Below, piece by piece: positions 10,485 to 20,891 of a stretch of 31,086 nt of DNA. Position 1 is the stretch's first letter; each line of letters begins with the position of its first letter. The notes beneath the pieces are model-generated. The model did not search any database. It was not told the origin of the DNA and worked only from the letters and a program-made list of their open reading frames with translations. Both the position numbers and the translations under genes were made by a program. Source of the stretch: a virus. Its lineage: Duplodnaviria; Heunggongvirae; Uroviricota; Caudoviricetes. The DNA is taken from the IMG/VR virus record IMGVR_UViG_2540341091_000008; one strand, given 5' to 3'.

Positions 10485-10691
10485 TCAGTCAACCACCAGG
10501 GAATAATCCTTCGAATTCTTATCGTGCTTCACCAACGCTGCCTCAATTGCCCTGAATGCTTCCAGAGACACCTGATGTTCTATACATGCAATTACAACAT
10601 CCGGGTAACTCATAGAAATGGTGCTATTAAGCATATTTTTTACACGAATCAGATCCAACGAGAGTTCATCAGCAGATTGTTCTTTATTCAT
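10485..10691 (-). CDS. hypothetical prophage protein, 68 aa (possibly the YnfO-like protein found between nohA and ydfO in Qin)
   Basis: ATG with GGAGCG SD; identity inferred from position only. Confidence 0.55.
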   Translation of the reverse strand: MNKEQSADELSLDLIRVKNMLNSTISMSYPDVVIACIEHQVSLEAFRAIEAALVKHDKNSKDYSLVVD

Positions 10692-10991
10692 TTTGTCGCT
10701 CCATGCGTTTGCTCGTCATCTAGCGGTTAAAATATTACTTCAAATCTTACTGCATAAAAGAGGAAAAGTATGAAAGTTTGAGTACATCGACCTTACATAC
10801 ATCTGTCGGTTGCATATCCCTCCTGGATGCCAGCAAGGCTCAATTTTGTTACGCAATCAACACTATTCATTAAAAACAGGCTTAATATTTGACATAAATC
10901 ATCAACAAAACACAAAGAGGTCAGACCAGATTGAAACAATAAACACGATAATGAAAACTACGCGCCATCGTATCACATGGAAGGTTTACCA

Positions 10992-11402
10992 ATGGCTCAG
11001 GCTGCCATTTTTAAAGAAATATTCGATCAAGTGCGTAAAAATTTAAACTGTGAATTATTTTATTCTGAGCTAAAACGTCACAATATCTCACTTTATATTT
11101 ACTATTTAGCCACAGATAATATTCACATTGTGTTAGAAAACGACAACATAGTGTTAGTAAAAGGACTCAAAAAGGTTGTAAATGTTATATTCTCCAGAAA
11201 CAAACATCTTATAGAGACCTCCTATAATAAGTTGAAATCAAAAGAAATCACATTTCAACAATACAGGGAAAATCTTGCTAAAGCAGGAGTTTTCCGATGG
11301 GTTACAAATATCCAGGAACACCAAAGATATTACTATGCCTTTGATAACTCATTACTATTTACTGAAAGCATCCAGAAAACTACACAGATCTTACCACGCT
11401 AA
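10992..11402 (+). CDS. ydfO: DUF1398-family prophage protein YdfO, 136 aa
   Basis: [16 protein letters not shown]... matches YdfO as recalled; GGAAGG SD upstream; hairpin terminator follows. Confidence 0.85.
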   Translation: MAQAAIFKEIFDQVRKNLNCELFYSELKRHNISLYIYYLATDNIHIVLENDNIVLVKGLKKVVNVIFSRNKHLIETSYNKLKSKEITFQQYRENLAKAGVFRWVTNIQEHQRYYYAFDNSLLFTESIQKTTQILPR

Positions 11403-11553
11403 ACCATAACGTCCGGCTTCTCTCACTCCTGAGCCGGACTGCATTGGTTTAATAAAAACCATCAACAATTGTGATTTAGATATTCGGAACCATTCAAATA
11501 TAACAAAACCCCGTAAAAACGAGGTTTATGGATAAATTTTATTATTGAATACA

Positions 11554-11730
11554 TCAGATTAAATTAATCTTGACATCATAGCTTTCAAGACCCGTCATTT
11601 TTTCCCGTGCGGTAAACTGAATACTGGTAACTTCTTTCCCGGTCTTTTTCTTAAGTTCAATAATTTTTTTTGTTATATATTCAGAAATATCTGCTTCTGC
11701 TTTTGTTTTTAAGTTTTCAATATTCATCAT
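11554..11730 (-). CDS. gnsB: GnsB-like small protein, 58 aa
   Basis: Manual translation MMNIENLKTKAEADISEYITKKIIELKKKTGKEVTSIQFTAREKMTGLESYDVKINLI; below ORF-track cutoff. Confidence 0.8.
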   Translation of the reverse strand: MMNIENLKTKAEADISEYITKKIIELKKKTGKEVTSIQFTAREKMTGLESYDVKINLI

Positions 11731-11898
11731 TTCCTCTTTTAGTCTGTTATGACTTTCCAGTTACACAGTAAGTCGATTATATGGTGCAAACGTGTAAAAG
11801 ATAAGATGAAACATCGCAATAATCAACATACGATAGTCTAAATTTTACACAAACAGACAAAGAGAATTTTCCTGAATTATCAATACAATAGCATCAAA

Positions 11899-12129
11899 TC
11901 AACTCAAGAGCCTTATTGCTGCTTCCAGAATTTCTTCTGAAGTAACATGTCGATCCGCGGCTACATAAATGACTTTATGATCTCCGGTCAGAGATGGAAA
12001 CCCTGCGGCCATTACAGTAAGGTGTGTTTTTTCGCCATTTGGATATTCACGCATGATGGTGTTAACTCCAGTCATCGCTGGCACTACCACTGCTGGTTCA
12101 GAGTTAAAAAAAACTATGATTTTTTTCAT
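11899..12129 (-). CDS. ynfN: YnfN-like small protein (76 aa from MKKII; alternative 51-aa form from MREYPNG)
   Basis: C-terminal 51 residues match YnfN as recalled; start ambiguous. Confidence 0.6.
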   Translation of the reverse strand: MKKIIVFFNSEPAVVVPAMTGVNTIMREYPNGEKTHLTVMAAGFPSLTGDHKVIYVAADRHVTSEEILEAAIRLLS

Positions 12130-12400
12130 GATGTTACCGTAGTATGTGAGTATCCATCGAATAGATACCAAGCAAAAAAGCTCCCGAAGGAGCCTTCATT
12201 TTCACTTTTTTAAATCCAACGACAGACGGCTGGCATTTAAGTATTGTGAAATATTATCAAATGTAATCATCATTGATTTACAAAAGATACATTTTGCCCC
12301 GAAAGGATTCATGTCAGAAACATCAAAAGATGATGTTCTATACTGGGAACCATGACAACACGGGCATCTAAAGTGAATATGGTTTGTAATATTGTCTACC

Positions 12401-12613
12401 TCAAAGCGCCACTACATGAACAGCGGCAGGACCTTTAGGTCCGTTCTCAATACCAAATTCAACTTCCTGATTCTCAGTTAATGTTTTGAAATCGTTGCTC
12501 TGAATTGCTGAGAAATGGACAAACACATCTTTGCTGCCATCTTTCGGCGTGATGAAACCAAAACCTTTTTCAGGGTTAAACCATTTCACTAAACCAGTCA
12601 TTTTGTTAGACAT
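12401..12613 (-). CDS. cspI: cold shock protein CspI, 70 aa
   Basis: Cold-shock domain with RNP motifs KGFGFI and VFVHF. Confidence 0.95.
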   Translation of the reverse strand: MSNKMTGLVKWFNPEKGFGFITPKDGSKDVFVHFSAIQSNDFKTLTENQEVEFGIENGPKGPAAVHVVAL

Positions 12614-12976
12614 AATTATTACCTTTTGAAGAAATTAGCCCTTGGGCAGAATGGTCCGAAAAAAAATATCAGAGAGAAAAACCAACAAGGAAATCTCAAG
12701 AGGTACAAATAATAAAATTATAACAATGACTGCTTCAGATAAATTTGTAACAAACCAGAACACCATTAACGCATGATTAACCACCCATAGCAAGGATTAC
12801 TTTTGTAAAGAAAAACACAGCAATGAAAGAATAGCTTTATTTATTAATAATAACGTGTCATTCTGATTAAGACCTTTTATCTTACCCTTAAGATTTCAGG
12901 AATTTTGGCTCATGGAAGAGTCCTTTTTATTTAAATTTTACATTCCGCGATGTAAATGTTCCGATTTAATATTACC

Positions 12977-14000
<1,024 letters not shown>

Positions 14001-14004
<4 letters not shown>

Positions 14005-14288
14005 ATATATTTATGATGAGGACGCTCGTGCTTATTGGCAGGATTTTCAATCTTAAAGGAGTACTGATGCTGCAGATAAGACTCAACTTTTTCTGACAAT
14101 TTTTCTGCTACTTCCAGGAAGACTTGCCGGACGCTCCTTCTGGCTGCTGCCTCATAAAACTCCAGCGCAGCTCCTTCAACACGGTCCATGGCGACATCCA
14201 GGTCAAAAATTTCACCGTCAAAGCGTTCTTTGTCCTGTAAGGCTACAGTTACCGTAACTTTATTCTCAAAATTACGGACTCCTTTCAC
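14001..14288 (-). CDS. ydfR: DUF1327-family prophage protein YdfR
   Basis: ORF between holin and endolysin; GTG start without clear SD, so the 5' end is uncertain. Confidence 0.6.
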
Positions 14289-14316
14289 AACCAGTTCATA
14301 GTCTTGAGTCGTTGGA

Positions 14317-14532
14317 TTACTCTCCTCTCGCAGCCTTACGCCTGTCTTCTTTAATCTTGAAATAAAGATTTGTCAGATACGTCAGCAGGCCAAAAACCAG
14401 GCTACCCAGCACACCGATTGCAGCCCACTGTGACGGAGTTACTTTATCGAGTAACTGCAATGCCCAGAAACCAGCATTACCCGCCGATGTGCCATAGGCA
14501 ACACCTGTTGTTAACTTATCCATTGATTTCAT
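14317..14532 (-). CDS. essQ: class II holin / pinholin (phage 21 S-like), 71 aa with dual start MKSMDK
   Basis: [29 protein letters not shown]...[22 protein letters not shown] closely resembles S21; two TM segments. Confidence 0.85.
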   Translation of the reverse strand: MKSMDKLTTGVAYGTSAGNAGFWALQLLDKVTPSQWAAIGVLGSLVFGLLTYLTNLYFKIKEDRRKAARGE

Positions 14533-14751
14533 ATCCTCACCCCGATGTACACGGATGGTGCAATATGTTTGAAAAGATCGGAGTCTACGGGGTAGTTTTG
14601 ACAGCACACGCTGTTCTCAACGGCGCTAAAGAAACATACACATTAAAAATGTGAGTAATTATTTTGAAAGAAAGTCATATATAAAATAATAATACGAGAA
14701 ATGTTTTCATATTTAGTGTACTGTATACGGCCATTTATACAGGAAAAGCCT

Positions 14752-14922
14752 ATGTCAGAACGTAAAGACTCAAAATCACGCCGTAATTATCTCGTTAAAT
14801 GTTCCTGCCCAAACTGCACCCAAGAGTCAGAACACAGTTTTTCAAGAGTACAAAAAGGTGCCCTTTTGATCTGCCCTCATTGCAACAAAGTATTCCAGAC
14901 AAATCTTAAAGCTGTAGCCTGA
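14752..14922 (+). CDS. small zinc-ribbon protein, 56 aa (CPNC-x17-CPHC); possibly the Qin small protein YnfU
   Basis: Internal ATG with AGGAAAAG SD; paired CxxC motifs; bidirectional terminator follows. Confidence 0.6.
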   Translation: MSERKDSKSRRNYLVKCSCPNCTQESEHSFSRVQKGALLICPHCNKVFQTNLKAVA

Positions 14923-14981
14923 TTGATTTTATTAGTAACAAGTATTTTTTATATTTTAATAATATATTTAAAGCAGATAAT

Positions 14982-15006
14982 AAAAAACCCGCCTGAGCGG
15001 GTTTGA
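14982..15006. terminator. bidirectional rho-independent terminator
   Basis: AAAAAACCCGCCTGAGCGGGTTT: GC stem flanked by an A-run and a T-run; between convergent genes. Confidence 0.6.
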
Positions 15007-15285
15007 GATTGTGGTGCTTTTTGTGGGAGTCATCCACTTACGCACTTTGTTTTGCCATGCCAGCAGTTAGCTTCTGCTGTAAAACTATTCATGCAGCAAA
15101 CCTGCACTTCACCACAATGGTTAGCATACTTTTCCTGATTAAGATTTTGCCAAATATGCTGGCCATTGTTTCATGTATTGGACCTCCTTAATTTTTATTA
15201 AAGAAATCCAATATTCACTACTCTGTCCGTATCTCTACTCAGGCATCAGCCTTCTTCGTTATCGTATACAGACGAGCGATGAATT

Positions 15286-15501
15286 TTAATCAGTAATGAT
15301 GACATTTGCTGCTGCAGGACCTTTAGCACCACTCTCTATAGAGAAGGTAACCTTTTGACCTTCAAATAAGGTTCGATAATTATCATTCTGAATCGCAGAA
15401 AAATGCACAAACACATCTTTACTACCATCAACAGGAGAAATAAAGCCGAAACCTTTATCAGCGTTAAACCATTTTACTAAACCAGTCATTTTATTTGACA
15501 T
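15286..15501 (-). CDS. cspB: cold shock protein CspB, 71 aa
   Basis: Cold-shock domain; matches CspB as recalled. Confidence 0.95.
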   Translation of the reverse strand: MSNKMTGLVKWFNADKGFGFISPVDGSKDVFVHFSAIQNDNYRTLFEGQKVTFSIESGAKGPAAANVIITD

Positions 15502-15801
15502 TCTACATTCCTTAACTTGAGCCTTTCGGCATAAATGGTTTGCATAACAGAAACGACTTCGTACTTAATTGGAGAGACTCAAAGAAGGAATAAGTGAATA
15601 ACACCTGAAATGAGAACTGCTTTAGTAAACTACTTCGTATATCGTCTGTTCTTCAAACCGACGCAATCATTAACGCATAGTTGAACATATGAAGCAATGT
15701 TTATTTTAGACATCCAGCCATCTTCAACCCCATCAAAAAACTATAGCTTTCTTCAGGAACGTGTGTATAGTGCGCCAAGTTATCAGTATTAAGGAATTTT
15801 T

Positions 15802-16014
15802 TTGTCCCGTAAAATGACAGGAATTGTCAAAACCTTTGACGGCAAAAGCGGCAAGGGTCTTATCACCCCATCCGATGGTCGTATCGATGTCCAGCTTCAT
15901 GTTTCAGCGCTCAATCTCCGCGATGCAGAAGAAATTACCACCGGATTACGCGTGGAATTTTGCCGGATAAATGGTCTGCGTGGCCCTTCAGCTGCCAATG
16001 TTTACCTTTCATGA
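15802..16014 (+). CDS. cspF: cold shock protein CspF-like, 70 aa
   Basis: Cold-shock-domain fold; TTG start 8 nt after AAGGA (alternative ATG at 15814). Confidence 0.85.
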
Positions 16015-16067
16015 GCTATATTAAAGCTTTAATTTCAGGCCCCATCGGATCACACATGGAGAGTTTT

Positions 16068-16157
16068 TATGAATAACCCCGTCTGTCTTGATGACTGGTT
16101 GATTGGCTTTAAAAGCTTATGCTGTACTTTGGCCGTAATAGCTCTGCTAATAATATA
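16068..16157 (+). CDS. hypothetical small hydrophobic protein, 29 aa ([29 protein letters not shown])
   Basis: ATG preceded by GGAGAG at good spacing; one TM-like segment. Confidence 0.25.
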
Positions 16158-16306
16158 ATAAGCAGACTCATTGTGTTTAGGGACATTGTACTGGAAGAAA
16201 ACATTTTAAACATCAGGCAAATAACCAAGTCACCAGCTAAATAATAAGTTAACAGACATGAGTCCCGGGATGAGATTCAACATTACCATTGCCCCATTTA
16301 AAGCAC

Positions 16307-16330
16307 AAAACCCGCTCATCAGCGGGTTTT
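16307..16330. terminator. bidirectional rho-independent terminator; candidate tR'-like terminator for the late promoter
   Basis: AAAACCCGCT-CATC-AGCGGGTTTT perfect 10-bp stem with a U-tract on both strands. Confidence 0.65.
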
Positions 16331-16375
16331 CTACTTTTTCTTAACGTCGGGTATACAAAGCCCATCGTTGAAAAA

Positions 16376-16404
16376 ATTTTATCCATATTTTTTGAAAAAT
16401 GCAA
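16376..16404 (-). promoter_or_regulatory. candidate late promoter (pR'-like) downstream of the Q gene
   Basis: Minus strand: TTGCAT, 17-bp spacer, TAAAAT, about 30 bp past the Q stop and about 45 bp before the terminator hairpin. Confidence 0.5.
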
Positions 16405-16435
16405 ACATCATGTCGCCATCTTCAGCAAAAATCAT

Positions 16436-17188
16436 TTATCTCGTCACCTTCCTCAATTGCGCTTCCGCGTATGCTTCTTCCTGCCAGCACTTTGTTACCA
16501 GTTTACCAATGACGTCCGCATACCCCTTATACCACTGATAATCGGTCAGGTCTGGTACCAGCTTCTGGACATGACGTCGTGCCAGCGTGGTCGGTAAACG
16601 ACTAAACCGGTTTCCATTACAACGCCCACAAATCTTATATACCGGTACGCCATGAAACCGGGTTCTTTTTTCATCCAGAACAATCCCTTTACCCTTACAC
16701 CCTCTGCACGCTGTGCTGGCTTCGCCCTTACCATGGCAATGCTGACATAGTTCCTTCACCCATTCTTCCTTGATTACAGATTCCCCGCGTCTGTAGTGTT
16801 TCACCACTTCGCGCAATACATTATAAAATCCCGTACCTGAACAATGCTCACAGCGAGCTTTACTTGCCGCAGACCTGGAGTAATCAGCAAAGGCAAAACT
16901 CACGAGGTAAGGAATAATCTGTAACCGGATTTCTTCACTCAATTTGTTCAATGTCGGGTTATCCAGTGCCATCGCGTAATTTAGCAGGCCTTCAATCGCA
17001 AACTGAGGGTCCTGAACACCAACTTTTGCCAGAAATAAGGCCAACCCAAGTGGTGCTTTCGACTGCACCATCCCCTGCGCTGCCATTACATCCGTAATTG
17101 TTAAACAACCGGTGCCTGTCGCTGGAGCGTCATCGCTCAATTTTGGAGATTTTGGGGAGTAATATTTTGGTAAGGCTTCAAGGTTCAT
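16436..17188 (-). CDS. quuQ: late-gene antiterminator Q, 250 aa
   Basis: Cys-rich zinc-binding region (CEHCSGTG...CQHCHGKG...CRGCKGKG); internal ATG with GGAGAA SD; sits upstream of the lysis cassette. Confidence 0.85.
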   Translation of the reverse strand: MNLEALPKYYSPKSPKLSDDAPATGTGCLTITDVMAAQGMVQSKAPLGLALFLAKVGVQDPQFAIEGLLNYAMALDNPTLNKLSEEIRLQIIPYLVSFAFADYSRSAASKARCEHCSGTGFYNVLREVVKHYRRGESVIKEEWVKELCQHCHGKGEASTACRGCKGKGIVLDEKRTRFHGVPVYKICGRCNGNRFSRLPTTLARRHVQKLVPDLTDYQWYKGYADVIGKLVTKCWQEEAYAEAQLRKVTR

Positions 17189-17201
17189 GCTCGTTCTCCA
17201 C

Positions 17202-18251
17202 TTACGCCAGTACGCCAATTGCCAGCGCGCGATCGATAAAACGAAATATCAGCTCCAGTTGGGAGCCATACTTCTCTTCAAATGCCACTGTATCCGTATG
17301 CAGCTTGTTGTGATGCTTTCTGCACAAAGGCAACACAAAGAGATCATGTGCTTTTGTTCCCATTCCGCCCTGCCCGTGACCAATCAGATGATGCGGATCG
17401 TCGGCTGGCATACCGCAGCAAGCACACGGCTGTGTCTTAACCCAACGTGTGTATTTCTCCTTAACCCAGCGGCGACGTTTAGGCAGCTTCATGAAAGATT
17501 CCGGAGACTCTGGATCAACGGTGATGCTTACCACCGTCTTTTCCTGTGGTAGTTTTTGTTGCTGGTGGGCGTAAGGCAACGGTGCAAGATTTTTTGTGCG
17601 TTGTTTCAATATGCTGGTGGCGGTCTGCTCTCCCGGTACGATGTCGCTTTCGCGGTACACCGAGCAGATTTTTTCCGCTGGTAATCCCAGCGAACGACGC
17701 GATACAGCCTCAGGTAGTGCATCCACCACCTGATTGCAGACCGCCCACCAGGATAATTCAGCCAAAGATAATTCCCGCTCCTGCGTACCGCTTATTGCGT
17801 GACGGATGACGTCAATCACCCATGCTGTCAGATTTTGTTGAGCAAGCAGCTCCAGTGATTCCGATGTCTGGTCACGCAGTTGGTTGTCGCAGTGCCAACA
17901 CAACACCATTGCGCCGGTACCATAACGGTGAATGACTGTTTCAGTGTGATGGTAATCGCCATTAGGCCACTGGCAGGATGTAACATGACGTAATAGCCAG
18001 TCAGACAATGAGCCAACGCCGCCAGCAGCACGAATCACCCGTGCGTTACTGAAAAACGGCAGCAATGTTTTGTCTTCCACCAGCGGCTGGCGAGCGGCAG
18101 GAACGACCCCGGACGGCAGATTACGCATGCTTTTCGGTTCCGGCTCCACCAGTAACCGGGTATTGTGGAATACCGGCATGGATTCACGGCCCGGCTTAAC
18201 GATCACCAGCCCGAGTTCCGGTACCAGAACAGGTCGAAGTAATACCCGCAC
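17202..18251 (-). CDS. ydfU: DUF968-family prophage protein with C-terminal HNH-like motif, 349 aa
   Basis: Matches YdfU as recalled; C-terminal CxxC...HH...HNKLH motif. Confidence 0.8.
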   Translation of the reverse strand: MRVLLRPVLVPELGLVIVKPGRESMPVFHNTRLLVEPEPKSMRNLPSGVVPAARQPLVEDKTLLPFFSNARVIRAAGGVGSLSDWLLRHVTSCQWPNGDYHHTETVIHRYGTGAMVLCWHCDNQLRDQTSESLELLAQQNLTAWVIDVIRHAISGTQERELSLAELSWWAVCNQVVDALPEAVSRRSLGLPAEKICSVYRESDIVPGEQTATSILKQRTKNLAPLPYAHQQQKLPQEKTVVSITVDPESPESFMKLPKRRRWVKEKYTRWVKTQPCACCGMPADDPHHLIGHGQGGMGTKAHDLFVLPLCRKHHNKLHTDTVAFEEKYGSQLELIFRFIDRALAIGVLA

Positions 18252-18252
18252 G

Positions 18253-18531
18253 TTACCTCCAGATGCGTTGCTGGAATGTGTGGGACGGACGCGGTGGACG
18301 TTCGGAGTAAGGCAATCTGACTGAGATTATCCAGTGACGGTAGTCGAGGCTAAGGGCTTTTTTAACCTCGTATCCGCGCCTGCGGTAACACTGAATTATC
18401 CATTCAGCCTGCTCTTCAGTGCATGGTGGATGCTGGAACCAGTCCGATTTGAATGCATGAAAACGCCGTCCGCACCTGCTGGCAAAGACGGCAGAATCAT
18501 CAGAATTGTGTAATTTGGTATCGTGCGCCAT
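18253..18531 (-). CDS. rem: Rem-like small prophage protein
   Basis: MAHDTKLHNSDDSAVFASRCGRRFHAFK...; start uncertain (ORF-track start is a TTG at 18642). Confidence 0.6.
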   Translation of the reverse strand: MAHDTKLHNSDDSAVFASRCGRRFHAFKSDWFQHPPCTEEQAEWIIQCYRRRGYEVKKALSLDYRHWIISVRLPYSERPPRPSHTFQQRIWR

Positions 18532-18900
18532 CGGTTGTCTCTGCTGGCGCAGCAGGTGCCAGTTGTTCAGGCTGGCGTATAAAGTATAAATAAACTGGTT
18601 CCAGTGTAAAGCCCCTACATTAATGGAATAAAAGTCAAACAACAGATTGTTGGGATAAACACAACGCTTATTATTAAAAGCGATTAGATAAATTAAATTT
18701 TAATGTTATGCAATTTTACCAGATCACCATAACATCTCGTTTGAAACCACCGAAACAACAACCATATCAATATTGATTATGTTAAAGTGAGTAAATATGG
18801 AAAACAACAAATCTGCACATTACGCTCCTTCTTTATCTGTGATACTTTTTGTTTTATGCTGTGTGTGGGCATTATTTTTATAAAAATATTTACAGATAAA

Positions 18901-18925
18901 ATAAACCCGCCGAAGCGGGTTAAGT
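18901..18925 (-). terminator. rho-independent terminator downstream of hok
   Basis: Minus strand CCCGCTTCGGCGGG followed by TTTATTTTA; a second hairpin GGCGAGGGAGAAATCCCTCGCC directly follows the hok stop. Confidence 0.6.
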
Positions 18926-18989
18926 GCGGGTGCATTGAGGATGCCTGACACATCAGAGGTGGCGAGGGATTTCTCCCTCGCCAAGTCTC

Positions 18990-19145
18990 TTACTCCTCAG
19001 GTTCGTAGACTGTGAAGACAGCGACCTCCGTCTGGCCGGTTCGGATTCGTACCTCGCAGAGGTCTTTCCTCGTTACCAGTGCCGTCACTATGACGGTTAA
19101 ACAGATGACGATCAGGGCGATTAACATCGCCTTTTGCTGCTTCAT
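18990..19145 (-). CDS. hokD: Hok-family type I toxin (HokD/RelF type), 51 aa
   Basis: MKQQKAMLIALIVICLTVIVTALVTRKDLCEVRIRTGQTEVAVFTVYEPEE; one TM plus conserved C-terminus. Confidence 0.9.
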   Translation of the reverse strand: MKQQKAMLIALIVICLTVIVTALVTRKDLCEVRIRTGQTEVAVFTVYEPEE

Positions 19146-19356
19146 AGCCTGCTTCTCCTTGCCTTTTGGCACGTAAGAGGCTAACCTAGATTTGCCGTTC
19201 ATAGATTGAGCCTCAGATTAATGTTAAGCGTCTTGCAGGACGCGTAATGTTAACTGGGGCTTTTCTCTATCTGCCTTTGGTGTTCATGCCTGAGACAGAT
19301 AGCCTCAAGCACCCGCAGCCATTCTACTTAACTCCCGTCACCTGGCCAATATAAAA

Positions 19357-19446
19357 TCAATCAGAAAGGCGATCCATAAGAACAACAGCAAGACAATAAA
19401 TTGCCATTACAGCTGCAATAGCCAGCGCACATTTGAGAACCAGCAC
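19357..19446 (-). CDS. hypothetical small hydrophobic protein, 29 aa (MLVLKCALAIAAVMAIYCLAVVLMDRLSD)
   Basis: GTG start 5 nt after a perfect AGGAGG; single TM; located where relE/relB would be expected upstream of hokD. Confidence 0.3.
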   Translation of the reverse strand: MLVLKCALAIAAVMAIYCLAVVLMDRLSD

Positions 19447-19731
19447 GACAACCTCCTGTATTGGACGTACACCAGTCCTGATAAATATGAGGCTCTCTCA
19501 TCATTGATGAGATACAACTATTGGGTATAGTTTCTGTGATTTTGTTCTGTAGAAATGGAACACAACAACCAGTAACCACCAGCGATTCTTTAAATACGCC
19601 AAATCCGACGCAAGCTAACCTTCTAGTCCGCTTTGGGCGAAGACCGGACGTTCGATAGGTGTGAACTAGTAACTTTAAAAACATTTAATTACCAGTAAAA
19701 AAACAAGAATATACTATCACTTTTCCAATTT

Positions 19732-20757
19732 TTAATTACCCTTATCAATTTTAAGAAATACATTTCCAATCTCATCAGAATAATCCTGTATTATTTTTGA
19801 AATGACGGCATGATCAATGGTTGGTTTTAAGAATAAAAGTGTCACAGTAATCTGCATCAAACTAATAGCAGTAGCATGGGCTGGATCAGCCATTCCTGAA
19901 TCACTTTGCCCGACCAATAATATATCATCACCAGTTTCACAGAGACCAAGCCTATTTCTCATTGCCTTGGAACCGGTGTGTACATTCTGACTCGCCCACT
20001 TATAATAAGGGCGCATGTGTTCTAACTGAACATCTTTCTCAATAGCTCCAAACCCCACTTTATTATGGTTAGGGAAAATATAAGATGCCCACCCATAATT
20101 ATCTGCATATTTTTTGCCGTATTTTTTTATTAATAGATCAAATTGAACTTTACACTCAGCTATTTCTTCAATAGTTGGACCTTTTGCTTCTAACCGGTGC
20201 TCGTACTTTTTGTGTTCCAACATTCCAGTATATGAATCAACCACTTCATGGTAGTAAAAGCGCTCAGCACACTCTTTTCCATGCTTTGCTATAAACATAG
20301 CTGTGGCTGCTACCTCATGAAGTGCTCGCCATCTCGCTTGGGCAGCATCTGCAAATCCATTCTTTAAGAGACACAAAATTTCGTTGGCGATGTGGCAAGC
20401 TCTTGCGTGATGCCGAACGACTAAATCAAAAACCACATCCTCTTCAGAGGCAGCTTGTGGTCTATAAGAACGATTGAACTCTTCACCGGACTCCGTGCAT
20501 ATCACTATAAGTGTTTCGAGCAAATCAAAAGCCTCTGCCCATCTTGAAATATTTCTCTCAACAAATTCATCACAAAGAGAACGATGTTCTCTAAGCATTG
20601 CATTGGCCGAGCCAATAAGAGATTTTTTAACGACAATGGCTATTTTGGGAATTAGGTTATTAATTTCTTTTTCGATATCAGCGTCACCAGATAAATCAAG
20701 TCTCTCTTTTAAAAGGCTGTCTATGTGCTCAAGCAAAATATTATGAAAAGTATCCAT
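19732..20757 (-). CDS. hypothetical protein, 341 aa (345 from the upstream TTG), AT-rich moron; candidate accessory or defence gene
   Basis: Long clean ORF in a markedly AT-rich island flanked by AT-rich intergenic DNA; no family recognised by eye; contains RWRALH (Rx4H). Confidence 0.7.
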   Translation of the reverse strand: MDTFHNILLEHIDSLLKERLDLSGDADIEKEINNLIPKIAIVVKKSLIGSANAMLREHRSLCDEFVERNISRWAEAFDLLETLIVICTESGEEFNRSYRPQAASEEDVVFDLVVRHHARACHIANEILCLLKNGFADAAQARWRALHEVAATAMFIAKHGKECAERFYYHEVVDSYTGMLEHKKYEHRLEAKGPTIEEIAECKVQFDLLIKKYGKKYADNYGWASYIFPNHNKVGFGAIEKDVQLEHMRPYYKWASQNVHTGSKAMRNRLGLCETGDDILLVGQSDSGMADPAHATAISLMQITVTLLFLKPTIDHAVISKIIQDYSDEIGNVFLKIDKGN

Positions 20758-20862
20758 ATCATATCTCAATAAGTTTTAAATCCATGTGGCACACCCATAA
20801 TATAAAAATAAACAGCATGCCAGTCTAAGTCTGGCTATTTGTATATCATATCACCTGAAACA

Positions 20863-20891
20863 TTGACAGATGTAACCCACCAAAATATTAT
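20863..20891 (+). promoter_or_regulatory. near-consensus sigma-70 promoter, antisense to the IS2-split gene
   Basis: TTGACA, 17-bp spacer, TATTAT on the plus strand. Confidence 0.4.

Noticed and set aside
15003-15191. 62-aa plus-strand ORF after the zinc-ribbon gene
   Set aside because: Begins inside the bidirectional terminator, no SD, odd composition; likely spurious.
16436-18642. N-terminally extended versions of Q, Rem and other genes as given in the ORF track
   Set aside because: The track's first codon is often TTG or GTG with no SD; internal ATGs with SDs give products of the expected family size.
19361-19684. 107-aa Cys-rich minus-strand ORF upstream of hok
   Set aside because: Implausible composition and no start signal; the 29-aa SD-preceded ORF in another frame is the better candidate in this region.
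19480-19700. Possible tRNA or structured RNA between the small ORF and the AT-rich gene
   Set aside because: No cloverleaf, anticodon arm or conserved T-loop could be drawn by eye; left as unexplained intergenic sequence.
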